A stretch of DNA of 64,000 nucleotides from Octopus vulgaris (lineage: Eukaryota), in the NCBI GenBank assembly GCA_951406725.2, contig OX597817.1, positions 112,468,001 to 112,532,000 of the forward strand, given 5' to 3'. This document shows, one piece after another, positions 10,201 to 24,707 of this stretch. Every line of letters starts with the position of its first letter. Position 1 is the first letter of the stretch. The notes under the pieces were generated by a model that saw only the letters and a program-made list of their open reading frames with translations, searched no databases and had not been told where the DNA came from. A program made the translations under genes and the position numbers.

Positions 10201-12435
10201 TGCCTAATGCTGTTAGCCGAGGTGTGGTGTCACTGCTGGGGAAGGACGCCGACAATGGGACCGTACTAGAGAATTTTCGGCCCATAACTCTACTAAACAC
10301 AGAGTTTAAGATTTTGGTCAAGATGTTAGCGAAAACGCTGGCGCTTGTCGTCGGTAGCCTGGTCGGAGGAGCGCAAACGTACGCAATCCCGAGTAGGTCT
10401 ATCCACGAGAACCTCTACCTTATGCGATACATCATAAAGGAGGCTGGAACCAAAGTTGGCTTCGGGAGTGCTCTGATCAATTTGGATCAATCAAAAGCAT
10501 TCGATAAGGTCGACCATCGCTACTTGGAAGCCGTCCTCAAAAGCAGGCAGTTTCGGACCCGTTTTCAGAGGCTGGATCGCTGCAACGCACGGCGGCACTT
10601 GTTCAGTGGTTAAAGTAAACAGTCACCTATCGGAGCCATTTGGTATCGCACGCTCGGTCCGTCAGGGCTGCCCGCTGTCACCTCTTCTGTACGTATTGGC
10701 ACTCGAGCCACTGCTGCGGAAGTTGGAACAGCTAAGGGGCATCCCTTTCGAACTGGGACAAGGAAGAGCAGTGTCGGCATACACGGGCAACGTCACCGTT
10801 ATGGTGTCGGACGCCTTCGAAGTGGAGAGGGTCAGTACCATTTTAAAGGAATATAAGTCGGTTGTAGAGGCTAAAATCCACGCCGACAAATCAGTGGGTT
10901 TGCGTTTGGGCTCCTGGAGAGGCAGGACGATGCCATCGGACGGTGTTGACGGACGCTGGACTGACAGACCAATTAAACTGCTCGGGGTCTGGTTTGATTC
11001 TAATCTCCAGGTTGATAAGAACTGGGACGAGATGGCGAACAGGGTGACCAGTCTTACCCAGAAATGGGCTGAGAGGAAGCTGTCCCTGAAAGGTCGGGCA
11101 GAGGTGGCGAATGCTTACATCGCCTCCGTTATCATTTATCACCTGATCGTCGTGCCTTGTCCCAGTTACTGCTTGACCAGGTTGGAGCGTCTCTTATTTA
11201 AATTCTTGTGGAACGGACGTGTTCCAATGGTCAAACGCTCAGTCTGTTGCCAGCATCCTCCGAGAGGCGAATTAGGTATGCTGTGGTTCCTAACGCGCAG
11301 ATACGCTCTTAGGTTACACCACCTGCGTGTGTGGGCTCCGTTTGTAAGGCTTGTCTTTTCACAGCTCGTCTCCTTGACGGAGCTGCAGATCTGGGTGAAG
11401 AAAAGTTCGAGACTGGGCGCCTGGCACCTAGAATATCGCCAGGCGCTCACAGCCTTCTACCAGTCGGGTAATGGAATCGGTGGATGTTTCGCATTAGAAA
11501 TTTATAGAAGATTAGTAACAAGGAAGTGCGACGACGTTCACTGGGAGACTCTGGGCGCCGACGAGAGCAAACTGGCTAGTCTGTTCCTGAGGACATTCCG
11601 GTCGGAAACTATCACGGATAATTTCCAGATGTCCTTGGTTCGGCAGTGCTTCCGGGAGGCACCACCAGTTCGAGATAAACTCTACAGGCACGGATGTGCT
11701 ATCAGACGGGCTTGTCCGAGGTGCGCGCAGAGTGACGAAACTATTCTGCAAGCCCTCGTTCAGTGTCTGGGTATTGCTGACTTGTGGAGTTATGTCGAAC
11801 AGCTGCTGTCACGTGTGGGACGAATCCGTCTGTCGGCCGAGTCTGTAGTAATGATCGCACCGCCGCCCTCCTTCAGTCGGGCAGGCAAGGCAGTTTTCCT
11901 TTGCCTGGTGGCTGTAGCGAAAGAGCTTGTTTGGTGGATAAGGCTGAAAGGCTTGAGGACAGGGACATTCCGCTTTGGTAGAGCTCTCATTGACTTCTTC
12001 AAATTTCATTAGAAAAGGGAATTGAAAGTGGAGAGAGAAGTGCTGTCCTCGAGCGAGTTTATAGAAAGGTGGGTGAAAGTTGCGAAAATGGCAAGAGTGG
12101 ATGGTACCTCCTTAAGTGCAGACCTATGAGTCGGAGAGAAGGAATTGGAGATGGCACTTGCTCCTGGAGTTTCAAGGAAATCTCGGACAGTGGGGTTCCT
12201 CGATTATCCCAAGGGCCTTCCTGTATCAGGAGGCTCACTTCGCTATCATCCTCTCCGCCTCCCTTTGTTTAAGACATTTGTATGCTATGCATGTTTCAGT
12301 GTATACCGTGTATTCTTTCTTTCTTTCTTTCAAAACATTTTAAAAATCATTTCATTATATGTAAACCCCCACAATTTATGTCTGACTTTGTAATCTCCCT
12401 CTTCTCCTTTATCCTTGTGGCAAATAAATGAAATC
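10201..12435 (+). mobile_element. 5'-truncated, dead Tx1-clade copy (related subfamily)
   Basis: Translation is collinear with ORF2 of copy 1 (FRPITLLN, LDQSKAFD, RQGCPLSP). YADD has decayed to YTGN; frameshift near 10540; ends AATAAATGAAATC; (ATT)n on both sides. Confidence 0.92.
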
Positions 12436-12451
12436 ATTATTATTATTATCA

Positions 12452-12665
12452 TTAAGCGGCGAGCTGGCAGAATCGTTAACGCCTGGCGAAATGCTTAGCG
12501 GTATTTCACCCGTCGCTATATTGTGAGTTGCTGAGGTCGACTTTGCCTTTCATCCTTACGATGTCGATAAAATAAGTACCGATCTGGGGGTCGATGTAAT
12601 CGACTCACCCCTCCCCTAAAATTTCAGACCTTGTGCCTCTAGTCGAAAAGATTATTATTATTATT
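12452..12665 (+). mobile_element. SINE family A unit
   Basis: Complete head, core and tail. Confidence 0.88.
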
Positions 12666-13219
12666 GAGTGAGAGAACAGTGCATGCCATCAAAGTGACAC
12701 TGGGGTAAAATATACGAAGCCCAGTATACCCATCATGACTACCCGTCTGATAAGGGTACACTAGGCACATGCATCACAACCATATGTGCACGACATAGTG
12801 ATCTCATATCAATATAAACAGCACATGACCTTGCAGGTGGGGCCCAGTTAGAATTTTCTTCTGGTCGAGTAACCCATCCCGCTCAAAAGGTCCCTGAATA
12901 AGGTTTGTTTAAGGATGTTGAACGAAACACCCATGTTTTCTGAGGTGAATTATTCAAACCCCAAAGAATCCCTCACAACACATGGCTATGATGCTCCCCC
13001 ACTACTTCTGCTCGTGATCAATGATGCACATATCGTCAGCCACTAAGGGACATGGTCAACTGGTTAAGGTCAAACAACTGACAAGCATATCTGTGGTATT
13101 GAGCAGAATATTTGCTGTAGCCCATCTTTTATACCAAGACAAAACAATTTACATGATAACACTTCCAATCAGTTAAGATCAGAAGCCACGAGAGCTACTG
13201 CCTGGTGCTGCATCAGGGC

Positions 13220-13223
<4 letters not shown>
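12666..13223. repeat. Insertion of about 560 bp inside an (ATT)n tract; probable retroelement 3' end, family not identified
   Basis: Higher-GC block bounded on both sides by ATT repeats; no ORF recognised. Confidence 0.4.
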
Positions 13224-13253
<30 letters not shown>

Positions 13254-16219
13254 GATCAGTATGTGAAATCCAGTTCATTAAAAGAAAGAAAACTCAACCC
13301 AAAGTTGTGATGCCTGATAATGTAAAAGGTGTTTGAATAACTAGTGAAAATTTCAAATTGAAGATAATTAGTTTCTCAACGAATGGAAAATTTATTGAAC
13401 ATTTTGGTCAGATGGATAATCATGCATTTACGTGCTTAAATATATATTTCTCTGTTCTCAGTGAAATCGTGATGAAGTAAAATTATGTGATGTAGGTAAA
13501 TGGTGAATAGCAGATCGTATAAAGAAATTTCTTCAATGTAGTTAAATTTAGAGCTTTTATCAAGCTGTAATGTATAGAGTTATGTCCCTTGAAATACTTG
13601 AAATTTATCCCAAATCATCTGGTGACATAAATTTTGCAACACTCCAGTGTCTCTTCAGTCGTCGATAAGATAGATACTGATAATGAGGGAATTACCGGGG
13701 AAAATCTCCATCTAGTTCATAACAGCTGCTTGAGTGATGGCAAACTTGATGAAGAGTGCAGTTCGTATCACATCACTGGTGAAGTATTGTGACAACTGTC
13801 AGAATATTGAATTTTCAATATCGAATTCATCTAACTTTAAATATATAGTATTATAGAAAAGCACCAGCTCGCTCTGTAAATAGTGTGGACTCTGTATAGT
13901 GGGTAATTATTTGGGAACAGTACCCTTTTTATGGGATCTGAGAAAAGTAGAACAAAAAACATAATTCGCTTCTCGTGTCACAAAAGGCTGATTCCATCAT
14001 ATAAACTTTGATTTGTCCTAGCAAAGACCTCTACTTAATATTTTAGCATTTAAATTGGCCATACCCGGCCCAAATATGCTACCTATTTTATGTTCGAACC
14101 GGTCAGATCTAGTTTCTCACACCTATCCTACAATATAGGCAATAACATCATCAATATCTCTAATCTATGATATAATACATGATTAATTCAAAATAATATG
14201 AATAAATAAGCTTTGTCAGAGTAATTTCAACAATAAAGGGTTGATTTATTTCAAATCGATAGATAGAAGCAAAATATTTATCACGACGACGTTATTTTAC
14301 AGAAAATGGTTACTGAAGACAACAGAGAATTACACTAGTGTATAGAGACGAATTTTTCTGCAGTGTACTTTATACTTCTTGCGTGGTTAGTAAGTTGTTT
14401 CCCATATCCAAAGGGGTTTGTTGTTCACAAATGCAGTACGTGTTGTGCTTGCGTGAACATCGTGGATTAAGCTAGCATTCTCGGTTACGTCCCTTGCTTC
14501 AAGTATTCCCCCTAATTTCAATTACTGTTTTTAGGTGTTTGTCAAGTTAGCTAATTTAACATAATTTTGGTTAGATATTTATGTAATAAATCATTATTTG
14601 TAAAATATAAACTAGTTCCGGTGTTTCTTTTTGCATAATTTGATTATTACTATCCTTTTCTCCATAAATTTATAATACAATTACAACAGTGCTTTGAAAT
14701 TTTGAAGGATGATTCATGTTGCTGTGTTGAAGAGTTCTTTGATCATAAAGTATTAACATGAATCGTTGATGAAGGTATCATATAGAAGACTTAGTTCTTA
14801 TTACCTACGAAGTTGGAAGAAGCAAAGCTACAGGAATGTATTTAAATCAAACTTCTTAGTCCTACAAATAATAAACACAGTATCCATTCTTCCACCATTA
14901 ACAGTAGTTATATAGAAAACCATCATCATCATTTAGCATTCGTTTTCCATGCTGGCATGAGTTGGATGGTTCAACAGGGACTGGTGAGCCAGAAGGATGC
15001 ACAAAGCAGTTTCTACATGATTTAACATGGTTTCTACAACTGTATACCCTTCCAAATCCCATCTACTTTATGGAGTGTGCAAAACCAGATGCAAAATAAT
15101 TTGAATAATGCAATTTTTCTGATGTTCCAGTTGTCCTCAATAGCCATTTTCTGTAATGTGTCTTTACTCATTACAGAAAATCAGCTGAGTCTATAACTGA
15201 CTCTTCATTTCAAACAGTTTTTCGAGTTTATTTATGTAAGGTAGGGATATTGGCAGAGTCAATAAAGTGTTAGGTAGAATGCTTTGCAGTATTTGTTCTC
15301 TTTCTATTTTGAGTTCAAATCACACCATGGTCTACTTTGCCTTTCATCCTTTCAGGGTAAACAAAACGTACCAATCCAAGGCAGTGGACAGGCAGAGAGT
15401 TAGTATGCCTGGTGGTATGTTCTGGCTCATTGCATTCTGACAGCAAAACCTTTAATAACACAGAAGCCAAGCTTATTAATCCAAGTCAGTGATTTTTCTG
15501 TTAAGCAACATTGATATGAAGAGAGGGGAGACTACCATGCATAAACAATTGCCAGTCTATTGCAAAATATCTTGCTTGAGTCTGTGCATACGGATACAAC
15601 TAAATGGTCAATCCTGATGACAAAGACTTAACTAATATATTATAATGATTTGAAAGCTTGGAAAAAGACGAGTGTCACAAAATCCTGTTTTTCATCTATT
15701 AAATATCTAATATTAATTGCTGGCAACTTCTCTTAAGCCTTCTTAACTTTATCATGATTTCATGATTTGGAATTTTCACATTTTAATATCCCCCACTCCC
15801 CACTAAATGACAAAATCTTCTTAATTTCTTTAAACTGTTGATATTCATGTTTTAATAAGGCTACAAGCATCAGGACCTCTGTGGAAAGACTATTAGTTGT
15901 TGCTGATAAAGATGTACTCTATTCATGACATCAAATAACAGCTAAGTGATCTTAGCCAGTTAAAAATGTTTTGGTCACTGACATAAGAAATTCCTACTCC
16001 ATCATTTATGATTGAGTAGGAATTGACTCTTTGCTCCCCACCCACCATACCAACCTCTGCAGTCTGACAGTCTACTCACTCGGCCAATATCCTAAATCTT
16101 AATTATCTATACACAGGATTAAAACCAGTGGTTAATTTAGCATGGGAAGCATTTGTGGTTGTTCAAGGGAAGTAGAAATGAAGTGGTCCATTTATTTTTG
16201 TCTGTTGATGATATGCATG

Positions 16220-16632
16220 CTTGAGAAGGCCTGTCAAGCCAAGTGTAATTGTATTTGGGGCTGATACCAGTGTCACATAACAGGCAACCATGCCAATAGC
16301 ATGTAAAAAGCACCCTTTGAACATTGGGCCTCATGAAGATGTTAAATGATGAAGACCTTTGGTGATATGCTGTGCTTGACAAGACTCATCAAGCCAAGTG
16401 AAATTGTAGTTGTGGTTGATGATGCTGGCACCTGTGCCGGTGGCACATAAAAAGCACCCATTACACTATTGGGGTGGTTGGCATTAGGAAGAGCAACCAG
16501 CCATAGAAACCATGCCAAATCAGATTGGTGTCTGATGCAGCTCTCCAGCTTACCAGTTTCAGTCAAACCATCTAACCCATGTCAGCATGAAAAGCATATG
16601 TTAAATGATGATGATGATGATGATGGTGATGA
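16220..16632 (+). mobile_element. Non-autonomous RTE-related repeat with (GAT)n tail; other copies near 14921-15080(-), 21930-22263, 27950-28260, 34170-34465, 53120-53345
   Basis: Shared 'aaaagcaccc...gttggcattaggaagggcatccagc...aacccatgccagcatggaaa..gacgttaaa(tga)n', also present at the 3' end of the RTE at 28420. Confidence 0.75.
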
Positions 16633-19600
16633 TTAACCCATTAGCATTTAAACTGGCCTTACCCTGCCAAAATATTCTACCTGTTTTATTGTTCAAACTG
16701 GACTGATCAAGTCTTTCACACCTACCCTACAATGCCATCCTAAAAATAAACAGTCACATCATCAAAATCTCAAAGTTATGAGATAATGCATGATTAATTC
16801 AAAATAATCTGGTTAAATAAGCATTATATTTGATAGAGTAATCTAAGTGATGAAGAGTTAAAGAGTGAGTTCATACAACAGAAGTCAGCCTTTCAGTCTC
16901 ATTCAAAACTAAAAATCATTTTATTTATGTTGCTAGGAATTGCATACACATGACTTGCTTTTTTGCTAACTAATCTGAGGTTATATTCAAATGTAAGAAA
17001 AAATATATCATTGTCCAATTTCAGTCAGTACTAAGCAAGCAAGAAAATAATTTCTTAGTAGATTCAGATAAAAAGTGTCATATTATGACACTTTTTAAAC
17101 TTTCTATATTTACCCTTTTTTTTACCATATTTTCATTGAAAAATAGTTTTTGTTTCAATTAATTTTGAAAATAATGAAGAATTTAGGTGTTTGAAATATA
17201 AATTAACATGAATTTTGATGGAAGGTTTTTAGATCACTTTAACCATTTGCCTGACTAAAGTATTTTCATAAGTTTCTCTTAAACATTCCTGTTTTACGAC
17301 TTTTAGTTAGCCCTTTCATAAGTCCCAAGTTACTCTGGTAAGTTAGAAAAAAAAAGGGGGCGGGGAACAGGGAAATGTGTCCTGTGTATCACATGTGATT
17401 AACAGGACAGGCAAAGGATTTAAATGGGAAGTTTTTACAATTGAACCAGGGGTGGTTTCAGGCAGTTTGGTATCAAAAGCATTAAATGCTATCAACTTTT
17501 CAGCTAATCAAATAAAAGAAAATTAAGCAAAATGCTTTTTTGTAAAATATAGCCCTAACTGAAGTTATATATATTATATGTTATCTTCTATAATGGTCTT
17601 ACAAAATTTGTAGAAATGACAAAATTGAATATTGCTAAACTCTAGCATTCAGATTATTCTATCAAATGTTATGCTTATTTATTCAAATTGTTTTGAATTT
17701 ATCATTCATTATTTTGTAGTTTCTATATTTAAAAGTTGTAATTGTTTATTTTCAGTAGGTAGGTGTGAGAAGCTTGACCTTGTCAGTTTGAACATAAAAC
17801 TAGTAGAATATTTGGGCCTGATATGGCTGGTTTGAATACTAGAGGGTTAATACAGTATTTTTTAAGGAAATTTACTTTTTTCTCCCCATTAAGCAATAAA
17901 TTGGAAATTAAAAACAAATCTTTATATTAGTCAATGAAATATTTTATCAAATTTAATGATTTTTCACATAAAACAATTCAGAAAATCAAATACATACAAT
18001 AGAAAAAAAATCAATAATATGATTACAACACTGGATCCCATTAAATCCAACAAAAGGTTCCAATAAAAAGTATAAAAATAAAAAATAAAATCATTGCATT
18101 GAGATCTCTTATAAAAGCTGATAACACTTGGAAGAAATTGGGAGTGTTCTTAATTTAATATATGAAATACTTTAGTTTTAGTTTTTTTATATTTTTTTTA
18201 CCATTTTATTTTGCCATGAGAGACAACCAATGGAATCTATATCTAAAAGGAAATCTTAATCACAGAAAAAGAAATAATTATGACCAATTCAAAAGAGAAA
18301 ATACTATCAAGAAGTTTCAATGTTTTGTTTAGAGGAGACATTAACAAATGTTATTAACTGACACTAACCAATGTTTCCTGATTAATTGATACAAATTAAA
18401 TGTTTCTTACATTGATGAAAATATACAAAACTAAAAAAATATTTGCTTGGGTTTTAGTAAGTATTAAATAATGACAGCTTTCATTCAATGAGAAAAGAAC
18501 AGATTTTACAAAACAGACCAGCACGATTATTCTTATATCACTGATTAATCTAAGTTAAAATAAGCTAAATCTGAAGTAATCTCTGATGGTGTAATATGTT
18601 GTGATGGTGTAAGACATAGGTGGAAATTTCTTAAACTGTACAAAAGTATTAATCCACTCAGTTCATTTGACTCAAATTAAGGAAGAACAGTAAACTGATG
18701 CCATATCACAAACAACTATTAACATTTATATACTAAAATTGTTAATTAGTAAATATAGATTAAGATATATTTTCACTTGCTTTGATTCTTAAAAAAGTTG
18801 TTTAAATTGTCTTAACTATTATAAATAATTGTCATGATTTTTGTTTCTAGTTTACTAACAAGATTAGGATTTTATATTTATAATTTGAAATACGTTGTTA
18901 ATGTTTAAATGAATAATGAACACAAAATAAGATCAAATTGACTAGATTCCATTTGTGTAATGAAAGCGACAAAAATATTAGTTGAAATGTTTAGTTTACA
19001 TAAATTCTTTTAGATAAGTTCTTACCAAATCCATGCTAGCATGGAAAAGCAGAAATTAAAATATATGATATTCAAATGAAAATAGATTGATCAAGAATAT
19101 ATATTGTATGATTCCCTTTGTAAGAATATTTGAAACAGTAGCAAAAACTCTTCAATTATTTAAACATCATAAATTTTATATCTGCTTTCCATATATCAGC
19201 TACCATAAATAATTTTTGATAAAGAGATCATTTGAAACTTTACCAATTAACACTTTCAATGTCCAAAACAAGTAATTCTATCTCAACAAAATTCTGTTAG
19301 ATTATTCTAAAGTGATAAAAAGAAAATAGGGGTTCAATGATAAGAGATCTGTGATATGTTTATAGACATTCAACAAGATTTAGGATCACAGAAAATCAGT
19401 TATAAGATATTTGAGGAAGCTATTATTGAAAAGAATTTGAAAACAATAAGGATTTGCAATTCATCTCATACATACATACATGCATGCAAAAGCGTTTTAA
19501 GAATTTTATAGAAAAGCCAGTGCAATAAATACTCAGTATTAAGTATTGATTGCACTATTTTTATTGTACTTACTACATCAATACTAAAATATGATGCAGA

Positions 19601-20640
19601 TTTCTATTATTATTAATTATTCATTGTTATTATTGTTGAGACTAAACTAGAAGGAAATATTGAATAATCATAAATGGTTGTATCAGACAAACTAAGGAAA
19701 ACTGAATAAGCAAAATGTCATTGCTGGATATTACTAGACAACTTGATAATAAACAATTCAGAAATATTAACAGATTCAGCCTGATATGTTTGGTATGAAA
19801 ACATTCATACACTGTTAAATATTATGACCTATTTCAATATGGTAGCTAGAAAATGTTTCCTCACTGAAACTCGGATCTTGTCTGCAAAAGTCCAACTCAT
19901 GTTCATTTTAAGTGAGACTTGAATTCATTAATCTGTTGGGTATTCACACAGAATAGCAATGTTCAGAAAGCCAATGGAAAACGGAAATTAAACCCAGCTT
20001 CACAGTGGTTAAAAGCTCTCTTATTCATTTGTTCCCTGCCTTAAACTGCTACTATCTCATATAAAAAGTACCAGGTAAACACTGTTATATAATGAACTAT
20101 AATGAACTATAAAGCAACATTATTGCAACAAACAAAGCAGTTGCTGCAGAAATACATAGAAAATCAGCCATATGATTGAAAACTGAACAGTAACATAATT
20201 TTACACATTGATGTGTACACTTAGCTTATCACAAGTAAACTACATTATGATCTGGATTTGAATTTCTTTATTAATTCCTAATAAAATATTACGAAATTAC
20301 AGAACAGTTGCTTTGAAAGGAATCCTAGCTTTCTAAAATCTGTTTATATGTGTGCGCACACACACACACACACACACGTTTATACATATAGACACATACA
20401 CACATATGCAAACATTTATACACACAAGCATCTTCAATCTTAAGGAAGCATTCATTAAAATCTTTTAGTTATGTGAAGCTTGTTTTAGTTTTTGACTTCT
20501 ATAAAACATGGAAGCCAAAATAGTAAAGCAACATGATAAGGAACTCCACATTACACCAAGATTTTCAGGGGAGCAAAGTTTCCATGTGAGAATGCTCATA
20601 TATATACATACATACACACACACCATTTTACATGCTGGCA

Positions 20641-20693
<53 letters not shown>

Positions 20694-21606
20694 CACACAC
20701 ATGCACATATATGTATATATAAATACAAACTCAGACATGCATATATGCTAATGCATACATACATGTACACATGTTGTGTATGAATTATCATGCATATAAA
20801 AACATCTATGACTGTGTATTTGCACTTACATGATTATTTATGCACATTAATACACATATGAGGACACACTTTCTATATTCATTCAAAAATTTTATAATGC
20901 ATAACATGATATTCAGTGACAGAATTTTAAACCTCAATGAATTGATTCTATAAACATATATATGAAATAATTATAGTAACAGGTTACAAAACAAAGATGA
21001 TATGTTAGGGTTTTGAATAATATGAAATGGTTAAAGCAAATATTAGCACTTTGTAGTTCAGTTGAGCTTTCTAGTTATAAATTAATCTTTCCATGAAATA
21101 GCTGTGATGCATGATGTCTGTTGAGGAGTAATGAAAATTAATGGCCAAATAAATTATGAACTGTGATTTAAAACAATATCAGGATTTATGAATTTTTCAA
21201 ATATACAATACATATATTATATATATAACATTATATATAACATATTTTATATATATAATACATAACACACATATATATATAACATTATATATATTACATA
21301 ATGTATTATGTTATGTATTATATATATAAACACTTTCAAGCTTAACCATTCATTGATGAATCACACATACTGTTTATTTACAAAGCCTGTCTCACACATT
21401 CAGTCATGGATGTGAAATAATCTGAGCAAATGTGAAAAGAACATGGATTTCCTGAGAACATTGTTCATGGAGAGAGAGAGAGAGAAAGAGAGAGATGAAA
21501 TGAGATTATTCCATGACAACAAAAACGTAGCACAGCAGATATCTGTTATTCTAGGCATGAGATATTTGTGATAACTGGGCAACAATTAAAACAGAGGAAG
21601 GTGTCC

Positions 21607-21759
21607 TTAATGCCCTGTACCATTCACATATGAACTCTGCCCAACAAGCTGAAGATTTTGTACATGTGTGTACATTTTCAGTGCTGGACCTAATTTCAAT
21701 GACAGACCTGTTAGGACATCACTTCTTTTCATCAACAGGAGAGATTTGCCGTCAATCTC
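21607..21759 (-). CDS. DPF-SAM chromatin protein, last coding exon (SAM domain C-half, stop)
   Basis: tttttcag|GAG ATT GAC; [37 protein letters not shown] (SAMD1/Atherin- or Scm-type SAM); 153 nt, ends TAA. Confidence 0.95.
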   Translation of the reverse strand, partial: EIDGKSLLLMKRSDVLTGLSLKLGPALKMYTHVQNLQLVGQSSYVNGTGH

Positions 21760-22637
21760 CTGAAAAATAAATGACAAAATGATAAAAATTATAAACATAT
21801 TCACAGATTGCAGTGACTAATATAAAAATGCCTTTATATTTCAAGAAAATGTTAACCTAAACATTTAAAATAACCAATAAACATTTAAAATAACTGGAAG
21901 TTCCTATGGGACAACTTGAAAGAAGTGCAGCTAGTATACTTCACTGGATGTGCAACCTCAGTGTGCATGTACAACAGAACGTTGGCATCTTGAGAGAAAA
22001 GTTGGGCATAAGAGGCATCAGATGTGGTGTGCAAGAGAGATGACTGTACTGGTATGGTCATGTGATGCATATGGACGAGGACAGCTGTGTAAAGAAGTGC
22101 TGATCTTTATCTGTAGAGGGATTTGGCAAGGTTTCTTGCCAAATAAGACTGAAACCTGGCGTAGCTCTCCAGCTCATCAGCTCCAGTCAAACTGTCTAAC
22201 CCATGCCAGCATGGTGAGTGGATGTTAAACAATGTTGATGATGATGATGATGATGATGATGATTAGAACTACAGTATGAGTCACTTGTTAGTTACTATAT
22301 CTTGTTCTCTTAATAATTCATTCTTTATTAATGAAGTAAAATGTAAACTGTTGGTATATCTCAATTATAAATCAGTAATCTGATGAAAATATTACACTTG
22401 ATTTAGTTATGATGCAATAAGCAGATTTCAAGTCATTTAAAACAGGAGCAAATTCAGATAGTTTGATGTTTAATTGAAATTATAAATTTTGAATAATTTT
22501 TGTCAGTTATTGTATTCTCTAGTCACCAATCATTACTAATCAAGGAGATCAAAAGCAATCCAGTCAAGACCATCCCATCTATTCAGATATCTGGGATATG
22601 TAGTCCTTTATGTTTTTAAGATAGTGGCATGTGAGCT

Positions 22638-22674
<37 letters not shown>

Positions 22675-23101
22675 GGCTGCTATTTCTAGCAATCAGGCTC
22701 TCTAATTACCTTTGACTGAATTGCAGTCATACTGGGGCACCACCTTGAAGTGTTTACTTGAACAAAACAAACCCAGTACTTTTCTTTATATAAAGTTTGG
22801 TACTTATTTTATTGGTCTCTTTTGCCAAACTGTTAGGTTACAGGGATGTAAGCAAACCCATACTGATTGCCAAGTGGTGGTGGTGGGTGACAAACACATA
22901 CTCATAAGGCTTTGAATAACCTAGGGCACTGGGACAAGATGTCATGCAATGGAACTGAACCCAAGGCCACATATTTGGGAAGGAAACTTCTTAACCATAC
23001 AGTGATGCTTGCACATATAATTAGCATTATTCTTATATATTTGTATGTAGTCATAAAAGTATCATTGATTTTTCTGTAAAAGAGCCTGGAATTGAACTTA
23101 C

Positions 23102-23246
23102 CTGTTCACGAAAAGCTTCTGCTTGTGTTACAAAGCCAGCAGATTTAAAGAAATTCACAACATCATCAATACTCCAATTTGCAGCATCAGGATAGGGACC
23201 TTGAAAGTCTCTTAACATTGGTAATGAAACAGGTTCTTCTTTAACA
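23102..23246 (-). CDS. DPF-SAM protein exon (SAM domain N-half)
   Basis: tttcag|T GTT...CAG|gtaagt; 145 nt, phase 2 to 0; PDAANWSIDDVVNFFKSAGFVTQAEAFREQ. Confidence 0.95.
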
Positions 23247-23734
23247 CTGAAATCAGTTAAATAAAGCAGATTCAAAATGATCTAAGTGAATTAGATTAGG
23301 CATCAACACTTTGAACATCAACATAATTTAATGAAATCAAACTCAAATATAAACATAGTTTAGATAGCAATTGCATTAATAAAAGAACTTGAAACAACCT
23401 CAAATTCAATGCATGTTAATATCTTCCTTTTCACTGTTTTTGACGTCCACTTTTCCATGCTTGCAGCATGGGAAAGACAGAATTTTGTTGAGGCAGATTT
23501 TCTATGGCCAGGTGCCCTTCTTGTTACCAACCCTCACCTGTTTCCAAGAACAGTAATATATCCCCAGACATATTTTCATGGAAGATTGGAAAAGAAGAAC
23601 ATAGTTCACATGCCAGTAACATTCGTTTACAACTATCACACAATGTCAAGTCAAGAAGACAGTAACATACGCACACAGAGGTTTCTTTCAGATTTCATCT
23701 ACCAAAGCCTCTCACATGGCTTTAGTCAGCTTAA

Positions 23735-23955
23735 CCCTTTAGTGTTTGCATTATTCTGCCAAAATTAATCCTTTTTTAACCACATTGCCTTGAACTAATC
23801 AGGCATTATCTTGGTGCTATGAGATTTTCATGAGGTAGCTGTTAATTTTTAAAACGATATTGTGGGGCTGGTGTGAGAGACCAGATCTGGCCAGTTTGAA
23901 CATAAAACAGGCAGAATACTTTTGGCCGGATATGGCCGGTTTAAATGCTAAAGGG
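23735..23955. mobile_element. TTAA-specific (piggyBac-like) MITE family; other copies near 14040-14243, 16633-16861, 17700-17850, 37626-37853, 39026-39248, 61405-61631
   Basis: TTAA|CCCTTTAG...CTAAAGGG|TTAA ends, about 220 bp, shared internal sequence. This copy interrupts a SINE. Confidence 0.85.
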
Positions 23956-24315
23956 TTAAGGCTATGGAAGATACTCATCCAAGGTGTCAAGCAGTAAGAC
24001 TAAACCCAGAAATATGTGGTTGGGAAGCAAACTTCTTAATACACAGCTTAGAACAACATTATCCAGTACACTCTTCTATATCTTTTTGTTTTTAACAGTA
24101 GAGGGTTTATTTGAGGAGGGTTTTGTCAGTAAGTTATAATTGGTCTAACACCCAAATAGAATTGCTTCAATGATGGAGAGGAGTGATAGAGGTAATGATG
24201 ATGATATTTTGTCTTATGTGAAATGGCACTTATATCTTTCATACTATAAACATGCTTTGTAAACCATATGAAAGTAAACTAAATGCATTTAAAATATCAA
24301 ATATGTTAAGCTTAC

Positions 24316-24409
24316 CATGGTTTGTCCTCAGGTTCGGGTTGAGCTGGAGAATCTTGAGGAGTTGGAAGACCTGGTGGGCTTGTTGTTTCCATGTTGTCCC
24401 GATGGTTGC
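24316..24409 (-). CDS. DPF-SAM protein exon (Pro/Ser/Thr linker)
   Basis: cattag|GC AAC...CCA TG|gtaagc; 94 nt, phase 1 to 2, bridging both neighbours exactly; NHRDNMETTSPPGLPTPQDSPAQPEPEDKP. Confidence 0.88.
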
Positions 24410-24707
24410 CTAATGATGTATGATGAATGTAATGATGTAAAAATTATTTTCATTATACACAACAGCTTTTGTGGAAAGAGTAAGAAATATAAATTAGATG
24501 GAATTTATTGAAACGATTTCAAGTTGATAATGGACCATATATATATATATATATATATCAATGCTTGTTTTTATGTTCAGTTATAATAAAAACAGTATTA
24601 CATTAATCTGATGGGTTACTCTATACTTTTGTAGAGTACAAACTTAGTCCAATGATGATTTAGCTGGCCGAAATTTTGAAGTGACTGTCAACAATATTCT
24701 TGTATAA

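Noticed and set aside
14340-14620. CpG-retaining patch as promoter or first exon of another gene
   Set aside because: No downstream exons or ORF found; cannot be supported from sequence alone.
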